Assembly (NCBI GenBank): GCA_965213925.1
Contig: OZ243927.1
Location: 3,808,001 to 3,872,000, forward strand
Direction: 5' to 3'
Source: Trueperaceae bacterium
GTDB taxonomy: Bacteria > Deinococcota > Deinococci > Deinococcales > Trueperaceae
DNA: 64,000 nt
Of the stretch, positions 11,198 to 22,045 are shown piece by piece (within the stretch, counting starts at the first letter, position 1; every line of letters starts with the position of its first letter). The translations under genes and the position numbers were made by a program. The notes below the pieces were generated by a model. The model saw nothing but the letters and a program-made list of their open reading frames with translations, searched no databases and was not told the origin of the DNA.

Positions 11198-11794
11198 CTA
11201 CATCCTCTCCTTTTGCGAACGGTTCACGCCCGACCTCTCACCCCGTCTACGCTGCAAACGTCGCACCTCTAAAAACCCGTGCAAGTTGACGAGAAAGTGC
11301 GCGATGATGGCTGCCCACAAGCTGCCCGTTAGAAGCGTCGCGTAGCCGAACGCCAAACCTGCGACGAAGGTGTAGACCGTATAGCTCCAGCCTTTGAGTG
11401 GTGCGGGGTGCAGGAGCCCGAAGACGAGCGCTTGACCCCACGCGCCGAGCGGCGACGCGCCAAAGAGCGAAAGGAGTGCGCCGCGAAAGAAGAGTTCTTC
11501 GGAAACGGAGGTGAGCGCGGCGAAAATGAACGCGAGTGGTAGCGAGATATGCAGACGAGACAGCGCGCGCTCCAGTAGCTTGCTCGCGGCGCGGAAGGAG
11601 GGGAGCAGCTTCTCTAAGAGCCACGCACCACCCAAGAGTCCACCCGCTAAAAGCGCGGCGGTGAGTAAAATTGTGAAGAGACCCGCGTCAGCCCCTAGCT
11701 CGAGAGGACGCCGTAGCAGCCACGCGCCGCCTAAAAGCCCTGTGAGCAGGCTCGGCGCGAAGATGAGGAGGCGTCTACGCCTTTCTAGCGTCAT
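11198..11794 (-). CDS. CPBP (Abi/CAAX) family intramembrane glutamic endopeptidase
   Basis: EELFFRG, FGLLH and AHFLVN motifs; hydrophobic. Confidence 0.9.
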   Translation of the reverse strand: MTLERRRRLLIFAPSLLTGLLGGAWLLRRPLELGADAGLFTILLTAALLAGGLLGGAWLLEKLLPSFRAASKLLERALSRLHISLPLAFIFAALTSVSEELFFRGALLSLFGASPLGAWGQALVFGLLHPAPLKGWSYTVYTFVAGLAFGYATLLTGSLWAAIIAHFLVNLHGFLEVRRLQRRRGERSGVNRSQKERM

Positions 11795-11867
11795 GGTATT
11801 TAAGTTGGGCTCCGAGGCAGGCTGATCAGCGCTGCTTCTGCCGCGGGTACTTGCGACCTAGTAGCCG

Positions 11868-12407
11868 TCAGTAACTCTCCCTCACCCCGCTCATGATCTG
11901 CTCGTTGAGTTCGGGACCGTCCTCGTCACCATGTAATACCGAAACGTCACCCGTAGACTCGAACACGACAGCGCGCACTTGGCTGAGGCTCAGCACGTTC
12001 GCCTCGCGCAGTTTGCCGTAGAGGTCACTCTCGGTAACGCGGGCTTTCTTGAGGTTCTCGTAGTAGATCGTTTCGCCTTTCATCAGCAGGAGCGGCGAGT
12101 TGTCGAGAAGCCCTTTCGCCGCGCTGCTCTTCACGCGCAGAAGCGAAACGATATGTTGTCCTGCAAAGATAGAGGCGAACGCGACCGCGCCCCGCAGCAG
12201 CGGCGGGTCTTGAGACAACACTGTACTCGCGAAAACCGTGCCGAGCGCCACCGTCATCGCGAAGTCGAAGCTCGACATCTTCGAAAATGAGCGCAGCCCA
12301 TTGAGGCGCGTGAAGAGGATGATAAAGGCGTACGACCCTATCATAGACAAAAAGATGAGGAGCACGTTTCCCCACGGCACCAAAAACCAACTAGCTACGT
12401 TATCCAT
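11868..12407 (-). CDS. DUF421/YetF-family membrane protein, paralog 2
   Basis: GLRSFSKMSSFDF, P.LLM.G, LREANV..VRAVVFESTGDVSV. GGAGGAG RBS before ATG 12407. Confidence 0.85.
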   Translation of the reverse strand: MDNVASWFLVPWGNVLLIFLSMIGSYAFIILFTRLNGLRSFSKMSSFDFAMTVALGTVFASTVLSQDPPLLRGAVAFASIFAGQHIVSLLRVKSSAAKGLLDNSPLLLMKGETIYYENLKKARVTESDLYGKLREANVLSLSQVRAVVFESTGDVSVLHGDEDGPELNEQIMSGVRESY

Positions 12408-12482
12408 TCTGCTCTCCTCCAAAGTTGCGTCCGCCCGACGATGTCACGTACGCTGAGCGCCCATACGGATAGTCGGCTACGC

Positions 12483-13031
12483 CTACTTCTGCACGCCCGC
12501 CATGACCTCTTCGCTCAGTTCGTCGTCCGGGTTGGGCAAGTTGCAGAGCACCGAAATGTCGCCCGTAGATTCGAAAACCACGGCGCGCACCTGCCTAACG
12601 TTGATTACGTTCGCCTCGCGCAGCTTGCCGTAAAGGTCTTTTTGCGTCACGCGCACCCGCGCCAGATTTTCATGAAGCACCGTCGAGCCGTCCATAAGCA
12701 GCACGGGCTCGTTGTCGATGAGTTTGCGCAGGTCTTCGTCCCTCGAGCGCAAAAACGCCACCACCCGCTGACACGCGAAAATGGTGGCGAGCGCGGTGAT
12801 GCCCTGGAGCATACCCGGCGTCCCGGTGGCGATCGTGGTGGCGAAAAGCGAGCCGATAGCCACCGTCATCGCGAAGTCGAAACCCGACATCTTTGAGAAT
12901 GAGCGCAGCCCGTTAATTCGGGTGAGTAAGATGATGGCGCTGTAGACGCCCACCGTCGTGATGATGATGAGCGGCACAGTGCTCCACGGCATTAAAATCC
13001 AGTCGGCGACGTCGTTGGCTTGTGAACCCAT
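12483..13031 (-). CDS. DUF421/YetF-family membrane protein, paralog 1
   Basis: Same motifs as the adjacent paralog (GLRSFSKMSGFDF, LYGKLREANV, VFESTGDISV). Confidence 0.85.
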   Translation of the reverse strand: MGSQANDVADWILMPWSTVPLIIITTVGVYSAIILLTRINGLRSFSKMSGFDFAMTVAIGSLFATTIATGTPGMLQGITALATIFACQRVVAFLRSRDEDLRKLIDNEPVLLMDGSTVLHENLARVRVTQKDLYGKLREANVINVRQVRAVVFESTGDISVLCNLPNPDDELSEEVMAGVQK

Positions 13032-13200
13032 AACGGACCCCCTTCTTCTCAACAACCGTATCACGCAAAGCGAGCCTTAAAGTGGAGTGCGCCTCGCCAA
13101 GCTCGAAGAGGTGCGCTTACCAAGAGGAGTACCAAACAACGCTTCGAAAGCTTTTCTCAAGCCTACTCAACGATCATAGGCTGAGGCTCAGCTCGCAGTG

Positions 13201-14349
13201 TTAGCTTGCAACCGCGCCGAGCCCGACATGCTCCAACATCATCCCCAAAATCTTCGCCGAGTCGAAATACTCCTCGGCAATCTTCCGCGCCGCCTCCGCG
13301 TGCGAGAGATAATCCGCGTTGATCGCTTCGACGCCTCTGGTAGCTTCGTCCAATGTCTCAAACGTGATCAAACCTTCACCCGTCGGCAACTGCTTTTCGA
13401 AGCCCGTAGACTGCACCAATGCAGGCTTACCGGATGCTAGATAACACGCGGTTCGGTCACTCACCCAGCCGCTGTTTGAGCGCACGTACCCCCCCTTCGC
13501 GACGCTGAATTCGGCTCTCGAGCCCCGAATAAACTCCCTATAGCTCTCAATATCGCCCGTGTACTGCGCAAAGTTCTGAACTTTCCACAAATGCCCGTCT
13601 AAGAGTCCCAAGTCCTCGTAGTCGTGCTGCCCGATGCAGAGCGCCAACTCGAAGCGCTCGCCCGTGTATGGGGGCAGCCGCAAGAACTTGACGAACTCGT
13701 CTCGTTTGCCACCGTGATAGACCCCTTCAAAAATCGCCTCTTGCGAGCCGCGCCAGTCGGCGATGGTGGAGAAGCGCGTGTAGGATTCGTCGATATTCGG
13801 CGTCCATTGGTCTAAGGCAATCGGCGGACGAATCACCCGCCAGTCGATGCCTTGCAGCGGAATCTTAAAGTCGGGCGTGCCCACCGTTTGACCGATGGTG
13901 AAGAAATGCGTGTGCTTTGAGAAGTTCATATCCACTTCGTGCGCCCAAATCTGCGTGAAGCCGGGGTCTACGTCCACGTAGGCGCGGCGCGGAACGCGCA
14001 TGAGAGGCGAACCTTCCGGCAAGTGCCCGCTGATGTTGATGAGCACGTCCGCCTCGTCCGCGAGTCCATTGAGTTCTTCTTCGCTCATGCCAAAATGCTG
14101 CTCGCCGCCGTTATAGACGATACAGTAGTTGTTTTCTAAACCAAACTGTTTCATCATCGCGGCAAACCGTTTAGTGAGGTAGTTTAGGCTGTGCGGATTT
14201 TTATCCGGTTTGACTTCGGGTAGGCGGTCTACCCAGTAGCTCTCGATGCCTAAAGCTCGTAAGCCCAACACGTACTGCAAGCGCACCCAGCTCGAGCCCG
14301 CAAACTCCGGCACCCCACTCGACTTTTGACTTCCTAAGATGACTTTCAT
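13201..14349 (-). CDS. Putative glycosyltransferase (GT-B-like), paralog B
   Basis: C-terminal AEFSVAKGGYVRSNSGWVSDRTACYLASGKPALVQSTGF; clear paralog of 14593-15738. Confidence 0.65.
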   Translation of the reverse strand: MKVILGSQKSSGVPEFAGSSWVRLQYVLGLRALGIESYWVDRLPEVKPDKNPHSLNYLTKRFAAMMKQFGLENNYCIVYNGGEQHFGMSEEELNGLADEADVLINISGHLPEGSPLMRVPRRAYVDVDPGFTQIWAHEVDMNFSKHTHFFTIGQTVGTPDFKIPLQGIDWRVIRPPIALDQWTPNIDESYTRFSTIADWRGSQEAIFEGVYHGGKRDEFVKFLRLPPYTGERFELALCIGQHDYEDLGLLDGHLWKVQNFAQYTGDIESYREFIRGSRAEFSVAKGGYVRSNSGWVSDRTACYLASGKPALVQSTGFEKQLPTGEGLITFETLDEATRGVEAINADYLSHAEAARKIAEEYFDSAKILGMMLEHVGLGAVAS

Positions 14350-14395
14350 ATGTATCCTTTTCGCTGATAGGTTGATTTTTGTAGCAGGTTTTCGG

Positions 14396-14582
14396 TGTCA
14401 CCCTGAGCCTCTACGACGCTGCTCTGGTTTATCCTGTGGTTAGAAAGCGGAATGGATTGCGAAGGGTCTCATTTGGCTGCGCTAAAACCCCGTAATTGGC
14501 TGTGCCAAAACTTTGCAATTTGCGCTTCCCAGTTAGAGGAGAAGGCAAAGTCAGAGATTCTTCGCGTTCGCTCAGAATGACA
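14396..14582. repeat. REPIN/MITE-like element, copy 2 (inside the glycan operon)
   Basis: TGTCACCCTGAGC..GCGAAGGGTCTC and GGCAAAGTCAGAGATTCTTCGCGTTCGCTCAGAATGACA. Outer IR not evident. Confidence 0.75.
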
Positions 14583-14592
14583 CGGGTCACTT

Positions 14593-15738
14593 CTAATCCA
14601 AACAGCGCTCCAGCATTTCGGGTAATACCTTGCGGTAGTCGAGGTACTCACTAGTGAAGGCTCGAGCAGCTTTAGCGTGTTTGTCGTACTCGGCGCTGAT
14701 GAGGTTCGCACTTGCAGCGGCATCCTCGAGCGTCTCAAATGTTACTACCCCTTCACCCGTCGGCAGGATTCTCTCGAAGCCTGTAGAGTGCGCCAAGACC
14801 GGACGCCCGCTCGCTAGGTAGTGCGCGGCTCTATCGCTAAACCAGCCTGAATTGCCCTTGACGTAAGCGGTTTTGGCGATACCGATTTCTGCTTTGGACG
14901 TGCCGATGAAGTCTTTATAGCGCTCCAAAGAGGTGAGGGTTTGTGCCGACGAGATGCACCAGCCGCCGCGCCGTAAGGCTTGAATCCCTGCGTCTTCGTC
15001 GCGGTAGCTTTTGAGGGCGACTTCGAAGGGTTGTCCGCTGAGTTTGGGCAACTCGGCAAAGGCAGTGAACATCTCGTGCTTTGCGCCGTACCACTCGCCT
15101 TTGTACTCGAGGTCCCCGTAGCCACTCCACGACGCGATGGTGGTGAAGCGTCCGGTTTCACTAAGAGGTTCAGCAGTCCACAACTCAGGGACAATGACGG
15201 GCAAAAGAGGTTGCCAGCTTACGCCCGCGTCAGGAATTGGGCTGTGCTTTGTGCCGATGTTCAGTCCGACGGAGAAAAAGACCTCATGCGCGTCGAAGTT
15301 CAAGTTTGCATCGTATTCGGAGCGCCACAGTTGCGTATAGACGGGGTCTTGGTCCACGTAGACGCGGCGGGCGGCGTTAGAGAGGATAGCGTTCAGCGTC
15401 ACATGCCCCGACATGTTGATGAGCAGGGCGTCTTTCGTGTCATTGAGGAGTTCTTTTAAGGTCAACCCCGCTGTTTGCTCGCCGCCTTCAAAGACCTGAC
15501 ATGCGCGTTCGCTGAGCCCGAACTGCGTCATCAACTCTAAGAAGAGGTCACGGTTGGCGCTTTTTTCGTAGGCACAGGGTTCACCTCTTACGTTCACACA
15601 AGCGTCCGCGCCGATTTCCTCGACGAAGTAGACCTCATGTCCAAGCCGCTGCAAACCAGCGATGAAGTTGAAACGGTTCAGGACCGAGCCGGGGACGCAC
15701 GGATAGCGCGAGATGACGGAGCCGACGAGGATGGTCAT
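14593..15738 (-). CDS. Putative glycosyltransferase (GT-B-like), paralog A
   Basis: GLQRLGHEVYFVEE, YVDQDPVYTQ and SGWFSDRAAHYLASGRPVL..TGF; in a sugar-nucleotide operon. Confidence 0.65.
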   Translation of the reverse strand: MTILVGSVISRYPCVPGSVLNRFNFIAGLQRLGHEVYFVEEIGADACVNVRGEPCAYEKSANRDLFLELMTQFGLSERACQVFEGGEQTAGLTLKELLNDTKDALLINMSGHVTLNAILSNAARRVYVDQDPVYTQLWRSEYDANLNFDAHEVFFSVGLNIGTKHSPIPDAGVSWQPLLPVIVPELWTAEPLSETGRFTTIASWSGYGDLEYKGEWYGAKHEMFTAFAELPKLSGQPFEVALKSYRDEDAGIQALRRGGWCISSAQTLTSLERYKDFIGTSKAEIGIAKTAYVKGNSGWFSDRAAHYLASGRPVLAHSTGFERILPTGEGVVTFETLEDAAASANLISAEYDKHAKAARAFTSEYLDYRKVLPEMLERCLD

Positions 15739-16727
15739 GAGGTTACGCCTCGCTTTAGAACTTCGTGTAATTCTTCCGCCAACGCGATAATGCCTCGAGT
15801 GTGTTCTAAGGAATCCCCGTTCTCTAAGGTTAGACTGAGCCAGTACATCACGCGGTAGAGCCGCATATACGCAAGGTGAAACTGCATCTCTCGCTCACCG
15901 GGCAGGGTGAGACCTCTTATCGTCGCCTCGGCGCTGAACGCACCCCAAAGTTGCTCCAACTGCGCTCCTTCAAAGCCGTCCGCTAAACACACAAAGTCAT
16001 AGAGCGGCGTGCCGAGCGCGGCGCTTTCCCAATCGGTGGGAGCGACGCGGTACGGATTTTTGCTAACGAGGATGTTGTGCGGGCGATACGCGCCGTGAAC
16101 GAGCGTCGTGGGTTGCGCGGTGATGAATTCGGTCGCGGCGTCGTACGTCTGGACAATCGGCGCTAGACGTTCGGCTAGTGCTTCTGAAACTTGCGCCGTG
16201 ACCTCTCGAGCCTGTCTGCTTTTCTCGAGAAAAAACGCCGCGTTGTGACGTAAAAGCGTGGGGTGCTCTAAGTGTTCGGGATGCGCTTTATTATAGCCTT
16301 GAAAACGCCCGAGCCACGCCGCCGCGCTGACCCAGTGTTCGAACTCGCAGTAGCTCAGTTCCCGACCAGGAACGTACTCCAAGAGAAGCCAAAATTGACC
16401 TCTTTCTTCGTTCCACACCTTGCCGACGTAGTCAGGTTCACCGAGCGACGAGCCCGCGAGAATCTCTTCGTACATGGCACGTTCACGTTCGCGCCGCTGC
16501 CGCAAGGATTCGTCTTTGGGGAGCCTCGAGCTGCCGAAGTCTTTGAGGAAGTAGGTCTCTTCTTTGCCCGAAGTGAACGTCACGTCAACTAAGCGAGTCT
16601 CGTAGGAATACAGGTCAGCGCCGATGGTGCGCTCTTCGAGCGTATCCACCTTCTCCTCTTGCCCAGTGCGGCGCACAACGGCGCGTTCAACCTCTTGCAC
16701 TAGCGCACGGTCCATCACGTCAGGCAT
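15735..16727 (-). CDS. APH/choline-kinase-like phosphotransferase
   Basis: YFLK, WLLLEYVPG, TLVHGAYRPHNILV (Brenner-like, with Ala where Asp is usual) and DWESA. Confidence 0.8.
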   Translation of the reverse strand: MPDVMDRALVQEVERAVVRRTGQEEKVDTLEERTIGADLYSYETRLVDVTFTSGKEETYFLKDFGSSRLPKDESLRQRRERERAMYEEILAGSSLGEPDYVGKVWNEERGQFWLLLEYVPGRELSYCEFEHWVSAAAWLGRFQGYNKAHPEHLEHPTLLRHNAAFFLEKSRQAREVTAQVSEALAERLAPIVQTYDAATEFITAQPTTLVHGAYRPHNILVSKNPYRVAPTDWESAALGTPLYDFVCLADGFEGAQLEQLWGAFSAEATIRGLTLPGEREMQFHLAYMRLYRVMYWLSLTLENGDSLEHTRGIIALAEELHEVLKRGVTS

Positions 16728-18519
16728 GAGTGACCTCGAGTTCCTGCGCCTGCCCTACCTCGGCGAGCGCCCTTTGAACCTCCCTGGTTTCGTCCACCAA
16801 ACGCCCATCTTCAACCGTCAGGAGCACGTCACAACTGTCCAACGTACTGAGGCGGTGAGCGATCATAAACGTCGTGCGCCCTTGCATCAAGCGTTCCATC
16901 GCTTCGACGATGCCCGCTTCGGTCTGAACGTCCACAGAACTCGTCGGTTCATCCAGAATGAGGAGGGGCGCATCGCGCAAAAATGCTCGTGCCAGCGCAA
17001 TCCGTTGACGTTCGCCACCTGAGAGCCGGAGACCTCTGTCGCCTACGGGGGTATCGTACCCGTCCGGGAGTTGGCGGATGAAGTCGTGGGCGTTGGCGGC
17101 TTGCGCTGCTTGTTCAATCTCTTTCTGACTCGCGCCGGGGCGTCCGTAAGCGATGTTTTCGGCGATGGAGGAGGAAAACAGCAGCGGCTCCTGCAACACG
17201 ATGGCGTATTGACGGCGCAAATCATCCAATTTGTAGTCCCGCACGTCCACCCCGTCTAAAAGAATCTGTCCGCTGGTCGGGTCGTAGAAGCGAGCTAAGA
17301 GGCTCATCAGCGTGGACTTGCCCGCGCCGGTGCGTCCGACGATGCCGACTTTGGTTCCCGGCATCACGTCGAAAGAGACGTCCGTTAAGACTTCGGGACC
17401 ATCCGGGTAGGCGAAGGAGACCTCTTGAAAGGTGACGTTTCCGTTTGCTACTCTAAGCCCTCTCGCACCCTTTTTCTCCATCACTTCGGGCGTTTTATCG
17501 AGCAAGCCATACGCCCGCTCCGCACTCGCAAAGGCGTTCTGAAGCTGCGCGACGCGCTTGCCGATGCTTTTTAAGGGACCGTAAAGCTGCGCTAGGTACG
17601 ACATGACGAGCACCAACGCGCCCACCGTCATCGTGCCCGCTTGGATGCTCCGCACGCCGATGAAGAGCACCGCCGCCGTGCCGAGCGCGGTAGTGAGCCC
17701 GATCATCACGTTGAACGCGCCCTCGGACATGACCGTGCGCAGCTTTGCGCCGATGCTCGCCTCCGAGTGCCGCACGAACCTCTCTTGCTCGTGGTCTTCG
17801 CGGCGAAACGCTTTGACGACGCGCTGCGCGGCTAAGACCTCTTGCACGACGGACATGGCGCTACTTTCTAACTTCTTAACCTCTTTCCACTGACGGCGCA
17901 GCCGAGCGCGGTAAAGCTGCGTCAGGACGTAGAGCACGGGCGTGACTAAGAGCGCGACGAGCGCCAAACTGAGTTCGATTCGCGCCATGATAACGAGCAT
18001 CGCCCCGACGGTGAAAAACGTGGTAAGTAGGGGCGCGAGCCCGTTGATGACGACGGTCTGGATCGCGGTGGCGTCGTATTGAACGCGGTAGAGCGAGTCC
18101 GTCGTCCCCTGCCTATCGTGGTAGCTGAGCGAGAGCCGCTGAAGGTGGTGAAAGAGGCGGTTGCGAAACTGCAAGACCAACCGCTCACCCGTGTAGGTAC
18201 TGAGGAGCGAGCGTCCAAGCGCCTGCGCTTGCGTGAGGAGGGCAACGGCGACAACTAAGCCGACGGTGAAAAAGAGCAGCGCTGAGGTCGAATTCGTGAG
18301 CGCGTCCGGTAAGAGGTTCGCCCAGAACGCGGGGAACGGCTTGTCGCCTAAAACGTAGTCCACGGCGAGCGCCAGCGGGACGGGCGTGAGCAGCGCCAGC
18401 GGCGTCGCTAGGAGGTCGATGACGAAGAGGCTGACGATAGAACGCCAGTACGGACGCGCCTGTTTGAGAAGGTGTTTGAAGAGGTGCAGATCACTTTTTG
18501 ACTCGTTGTAAGAGGTCAT
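16720..18519 (-). CDS. ABC exporter, fused TMD-NBD (MsbA/NdvA-like)
   Basis: GRTGAGKS, LSGGERQR, LILDEPTS and IAHRLST; 6-TM N-terminal half. Confidence 0.95.
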   Translation of the reverse strand: MTSYNESKSDLHLFKHLLKQARPYWRSIVSLFVIDLLATPLALLTPVPLALAVDYVLGDKPFPAFWANLLPDALTNSTSALLFFTVGLVVAVALLTQAQALGRSLLSTYTGERLVLQFRNRLFHHLQRLSLSYHDRQGTTDSLYRVQYDATAIQTVVINGLAPLLTTFFTVGAMLVIMARIELSLALVALLVTPVLYVLTQLYRARLRRQWKEVKKLESSAMSVVQEVLAAQRVVKAFRREDHEQERFVRHSEASIGAKLRTVMSEGAFNVMIGLTTALGTAAVLFIGVRSIQAGTMTVGALVLVMSYLAQLYGPLKSIGKRVAQLQNAFASAERAYGLLDKTPEVMEKKGARGLRVANGNVTFQEVSFAYPDGPEVLTDVSFDVMPGTKVGIVGRTGAGKSTLMSLLARFYDPTSGQILLDGVDVRDYKLDDLRRQYAIVLQEPLLFSSSIAENIAYGRPGASQKEIEQAAQAANAHDFIRQLPDGYDTPVGDRGLRLSGGERQRIALARAFLRDAPLLILDEPTSSVDVQTEAGIVEAMERLMQGRTTFMIAHRLSTLDSCDVLLTVEDGRLVDETREVQRALAEVGQAQELEVTHA

Positions 18520-21062
18520 GAGGTGGCTCGAGCTTCACTAACCTCTTGACTGAATTGCGCCTCTAATCCCTCAATCGCCTCACGCGCCGTGCCTACCGCC
18601 GCCGCACAATGTTGATAGGTCGCTAGAGAAATGGGTAGAGCAAAGGCAAGTAGACATGCAGCCGCTACCCACGCCCCACTCAGGGCAGCTAAGAGCGCCA
18701 GAGTGACGAGCATAACGGCACTGCCGAGCGCTAAACGGTTCGCTTTTGGCGCGACGCGGAAGCGGGCGTACTGCTTGCCGCTGCCGTGCTCTTCGATTGC
18801 CATGAGGATGTGGGCGTCGCCGAGTGCGCCGCCGCGTACGGATAAGTCCCAGCGGTCGAAGTCGCCGCCGCGCTGGGTTGGCATGTGCTCTTTGAGTTGG
18901 CTCTCCAATCGCCGCAACCACTCGTTCGGGTCGCGCCACACCTCTTGCCACACGGTGAGGGTTTGCGCCTTAGGAAACGCCTGCGCGGGCGCATATTGCC
19001 GCCACAAGGTCAAGCCGTGCCGCAAGCGCCCGATGAGCCGCGCGGCGGGTTGTGCCAAGTGGAGGAGCGCCGTGAGCCCGCGCAATTTGAGTGCTTTGCG
19101 TCTGTCGGGCGGATCGCCCAAGCTGTCAAACGTAGCATTCGCCGCGCTTTTCATTGCTTGTCCTAGCGGCATGGCGATAGCGATAAAGAGAAGCGGTAAG
19201 GCGATGAGTAAAGGAGACCAGAACGCGCCCAGCACGCTCAGCACCGCGAGCATACCCGTAAGCAGATACCACTCGGGCATCAGCGCGAGCGAGGCGAGGG
19301 TGGCGGGTTCGCGTTCGTACAAGGATTGAAAGGGCGCACTGCCCCACGTGCCCTGATAAACCCGTTGCGGAAAGAGCTTGAGCGCTTCGGTCAGCCCGCG
19401 CCCATAGATGCGCCCAGACCAGGCGATGTGCCCCGCCATGTTGTAGCGCTCGGGGTACTTTTCCGCTAAGAGCGCTTCTGCTTTGCCGTAGCCCTGTTGC
19501 TGCTTCCAGTATAGGTGCAGCGAACTGCGCCGATGGTGCCACACCACGGCGGCGGGGCTGAAGCCGATTTTGCCTACCTCGTCTTGGACGCGCCAGCAGG
19601 CGTCCACGTCGTCGCCTGCGGCGCGGTAGCGCGGGTCGAAGCCGCCGATTTGAAGGAGCGCGTCGCGGCGAAAGGACATGTTGCAGCCGGGGATGTGCTC
19701 GGCTTCGGTGTCGGAGACGAGGACGTGCGTCGGTCCGCCAGGGGAGTTGGCGACGCATTCGGCGATGGGTCCGTCCTCGGCGGGCAAGAGGTTGGGTCCG
19801 CCCATGCCGACGTAGTCGCTCACCGCGTAGCTGTGCGCCAAGTAGTGAAGCCAGTGCGGGTCGGGGTAAGCGTCGTCGTCGATGTAGGCGACGATGTCGC
19901 CCGTCGCTGCGTGGAGTCCGACGGTACGCGCCGCGCTCAAACCGCCGTTTTCGGTGCGGATAAGGTTCACATCGTACTCACTGGCAATCGCGGCGGTGGC
20001 GTCCGTGGAGCCGTCGTCCACGACGATGGCTTCGAAGTTGGGATACTCGAGCCGCTCCAACCCCTCCAACGTGTCCCGAATCGTCTTCGCGCCATTATAG
20101 CTGCACACGACGACGGAAATCTTTTGCCATTCGGTCTGTAAATTGAAGGGAACGTTTTCAAACGCCTCACGCACTGTTTTTAAGGCGGGTTTCGGCTCCC
20201 TCGAGCGCGTCACCAGCCCGAAGTCCCAATCCTCAATCTCATGCCCGCCCCGGTACCACTCATCCGTCCAAGCGAACACGAACATTCCCGCGCAGCCCGC
20301 GCCGAATGCGCTGCTGACCTGCCAGTCCATGACGTAGGCTTGTCTCTCGAGCCCGTTGCGTTGGCTGTCCAGCCCGACTTCCGCCATCACTAAGGGGCGC
20401 TCACCCGCGAGGTTTTGTAGCTTGGCGAGGTAGGCGTCGAGTTGGTCTTGGGTCTCCAAGTACGCATTAAACGCGACGAAATCTAAAAAGGGAAGCTCGA
20501 GATATTCCGTTGTCGGGTAATTGACGTAGGTCACGAGCGCGTCCGCGTCAACCTCTTTCACCGTGCGGTAGAGCCGGTGCAAGAACGCCTCGACTCGCTT
20601 TTTACCATGCCAGCGCACCATCGGCGCGGGAATCTCGTTGCCGATGGCGTAGCAGAGGACGGCGGGGTGTCCGGCACTCCTCGAGACCTCTTCGCGCACG
20701 CGCCGCGTGATGTCGTCGGCTAAGCCTTCGTCCAAAAACGCCACATGCTGTTCCCAGGGCAGCCCTACCATCACGCGCAGGTCACGCTTCAAGGCTTCGT
20801 CCAGCAACCAGTTCGGCGGCGCGGTGTAGGTGCGCACCGTGTTGACGCCGTTCTCGCGCATCAAGTCGAAGTCTTTGGCGACAACTTCCGGCTCGGGGAA
20901 AAGTTCATCGTTGCTGTTTGGCGAGAACGTCCCGTAGGTCACGCCTTTGAGGTAGACCTTCTCGTCGCCCAGAAAGAGGAATTTGCCTTTGACGGATAAG
21001 CGCTCTGTCTGCGTTGGGGCGGCGGGTTTCGCTAAAGTCGGGGAATGAATCGTGGTGCTCAT
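18516..21062 (-). CDS. Glycoside hydrolase (clan A TIM barrel) - GT2 glycosyltransferase fusion with C-terminal TM helices
   Basis: N-part NTVRTY, AIGNE (acid/base) and VMAEVG (nucleophile). GT2 part [25 protein letters not shown] and QQQGY. Confidence 0.85.
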   Translation of the reverse strand: MSTTIHSPTLAKPAAPTQTERLSVKGKFLFLGDEKVYLKGVTYGTFSPNSNDELFPEPEVVAKDFDLMRENGVNTVRTYTAPPNWLLDEALKRDLRVMVGLPWEQHVAFLDEGLADDITRRVREEVSRSAGHPAVLCYAIGNEIPAPMVRWHGKKRVEAFLHRLYRTVKEVDADALVTYVNYPTTEYLELPFLDFVAFNAYLETQDQLDAYLAKLQNLAGERPLVMAEVGLDSQRNGLERQAYVMDWQVSSAFGAGCAGMFVFAWTDEWYRGGHEIEDWDFGLVTRSREPKPALKTVREAFENVPFNLQTEWQKISVVVCSYNGAKTIRDTLEGLERLEYPNFEAIVVDDGSTDATAAIASEYDVNLIRTENGGLSAARTVGLHAATGDIVAYIDDDAYPDPHWLHYLAHSYAVSDYVGMGGPNLLPAEDGPIAECVANSPGGPTHVLVSDTEAEHIPGCNMSFRRDALLQIGGFDPRYRAAGDDVDACWRVQDEVGKIGFSPAAVVWHHRRSSLHLYWKQQQGYGKAEALLAEKYPERYNMAGHIAWSGRIYGRGLTEALKLFPQRVYQGTWGSAPFQSLYEREPATLASLALMPEWYLLTGMLAVLSVLGAFWSPLLIALPLLFIAIAMPLGQAMKSAANATFDSLGDPPDRRKALKLRGLTALLHLAQPAARLIGRLRHGLTLWRQYAPAQAFPKAQTLTVWQEVWRDPNEWLRRLESQLKEHMPTQRGGDFDRWDLSVRGGALGDAHILMAIEEHGSGKQYARFRVAPKANRLALGSAVMLVTLALLAALSGAWVAAACLLAFALPISLATYQHCAAAVGTAREAIEGLEAQFSQEVSEARATS

Positions 21063-22045
21063 GCGGCTCCTGCGGAGACGGCTTTAGGGGTAGCGGTGGG
21101 GGTGAGGCTCGAGCCTCGCAACCTCTCGAAGTAAGCGATGGTCTCTTTTAGTCCGTCTTTAAGGGGTACACGCGGCTCCCAGCCTAAAATCCGCTTGGCG
21201 GTGGAAATATCGGGGCGGCGCTGCTTGGGGTCGTCTTTGGGAAGAGGTTTGAAGGCGAGCTTCGAAGGGCTGCTCGTCAAGTCTTTAATCATCTCGGCAA
21301 ATTCCAGAATGGTGTGCTCTCTAGGACTCCCCAAGTTGACGGGCTCGGTATATGCCGTGTTCATCAGCCGAACGACGCCCTCGACTAAATCGTCTACGTA
21401 CTGAAAGCTGCGCGTCTGCTGACCGTCGCCGTAGACGGTCAGGGGCTCGCCCGCCAACGCCTGATTGATGAGGTTCGTCACGACGCGCCCGTCGTCGCTC
21501 CTCATACGGGGTCCGAAGCAGTTGAAGATTCGCACGATGCGCGTGTCCACACCATAGTGCGTGCGGTACGCGCCCGTGATGGCTTCGGCGTAGCGCTTCG
21601 CCTCGTCGTAGCAACTGCGCGGTCCGTGCGAGTTGACGTTGCCCCAGTAGCTCTCGGGCTGCGGATGCACGAGCGGGTCGCCGTAGACTTCGCTGGTGCT
21701 AGCGAGCATGAAGGTTGCGCCGTGCGTTTTAGCAAGCTCTAAAGCGTGCTGCGTTCCTTGTGCGCCCACCATCAGCGTGGCGATGGGGTGCTGCTGGTAG
21801 TGCGGCGGGCTGGCGGGGCTGGCGAAGTGCAAGACCCAGTCAAGCGGTGCGCCCTCGTAGGTGAAGCCGTTGGAGACATCCGCCTCAATAAAGTCAAACT
21901 GAGGATGTCCCAAAAAGAGGTCGGTGTTGCGCCGCTGTCCGCTCAGGTAGTTGTCCGCCCCGACGACGCTGTGTCCCTCGCGCAAAAAGCGCTCGGTGAG
22001 GTGACTCCCGATAAAGCCCGCGCTGCCAGTGATAAACACCCTCAC
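21059..22045 (-). CDS. UDP-glucuronate decarboxylase (UDP-xylose synthase) family
   Basis: [35 protein letters not shown] and [10 protein letters not shown]. Confidence 0.9.
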   Translation of the reverse strand: MRVFITGSAGFIGSHLTERFLREGHSVVGADNYLSGQRRNTDLFLGHPQFDFIEADVSNGFTYEGAPLDWVLHFASPASPPHYQQHPIATLMVGAQGTQHALELAKTHGATFMLASTSEVYGDPLVHPQPESYWGNVNSHGPRSCYDEAKRYAEAITGAYRTHYGVDTRIVRIFNCFGPRMRSDDGRVVTNLINQALAGEPLTVYGDGQQTRSFQYVDDLVEGVVRLMNTAYTEPVNLGSPREHTILEFAEMIKDLTSSPSKLAFKPLPKDDPKQRRPDISTAKRILGWEPRVPLKDGLKETIAYFERLRGSSLTPTATPKAVSAGAA

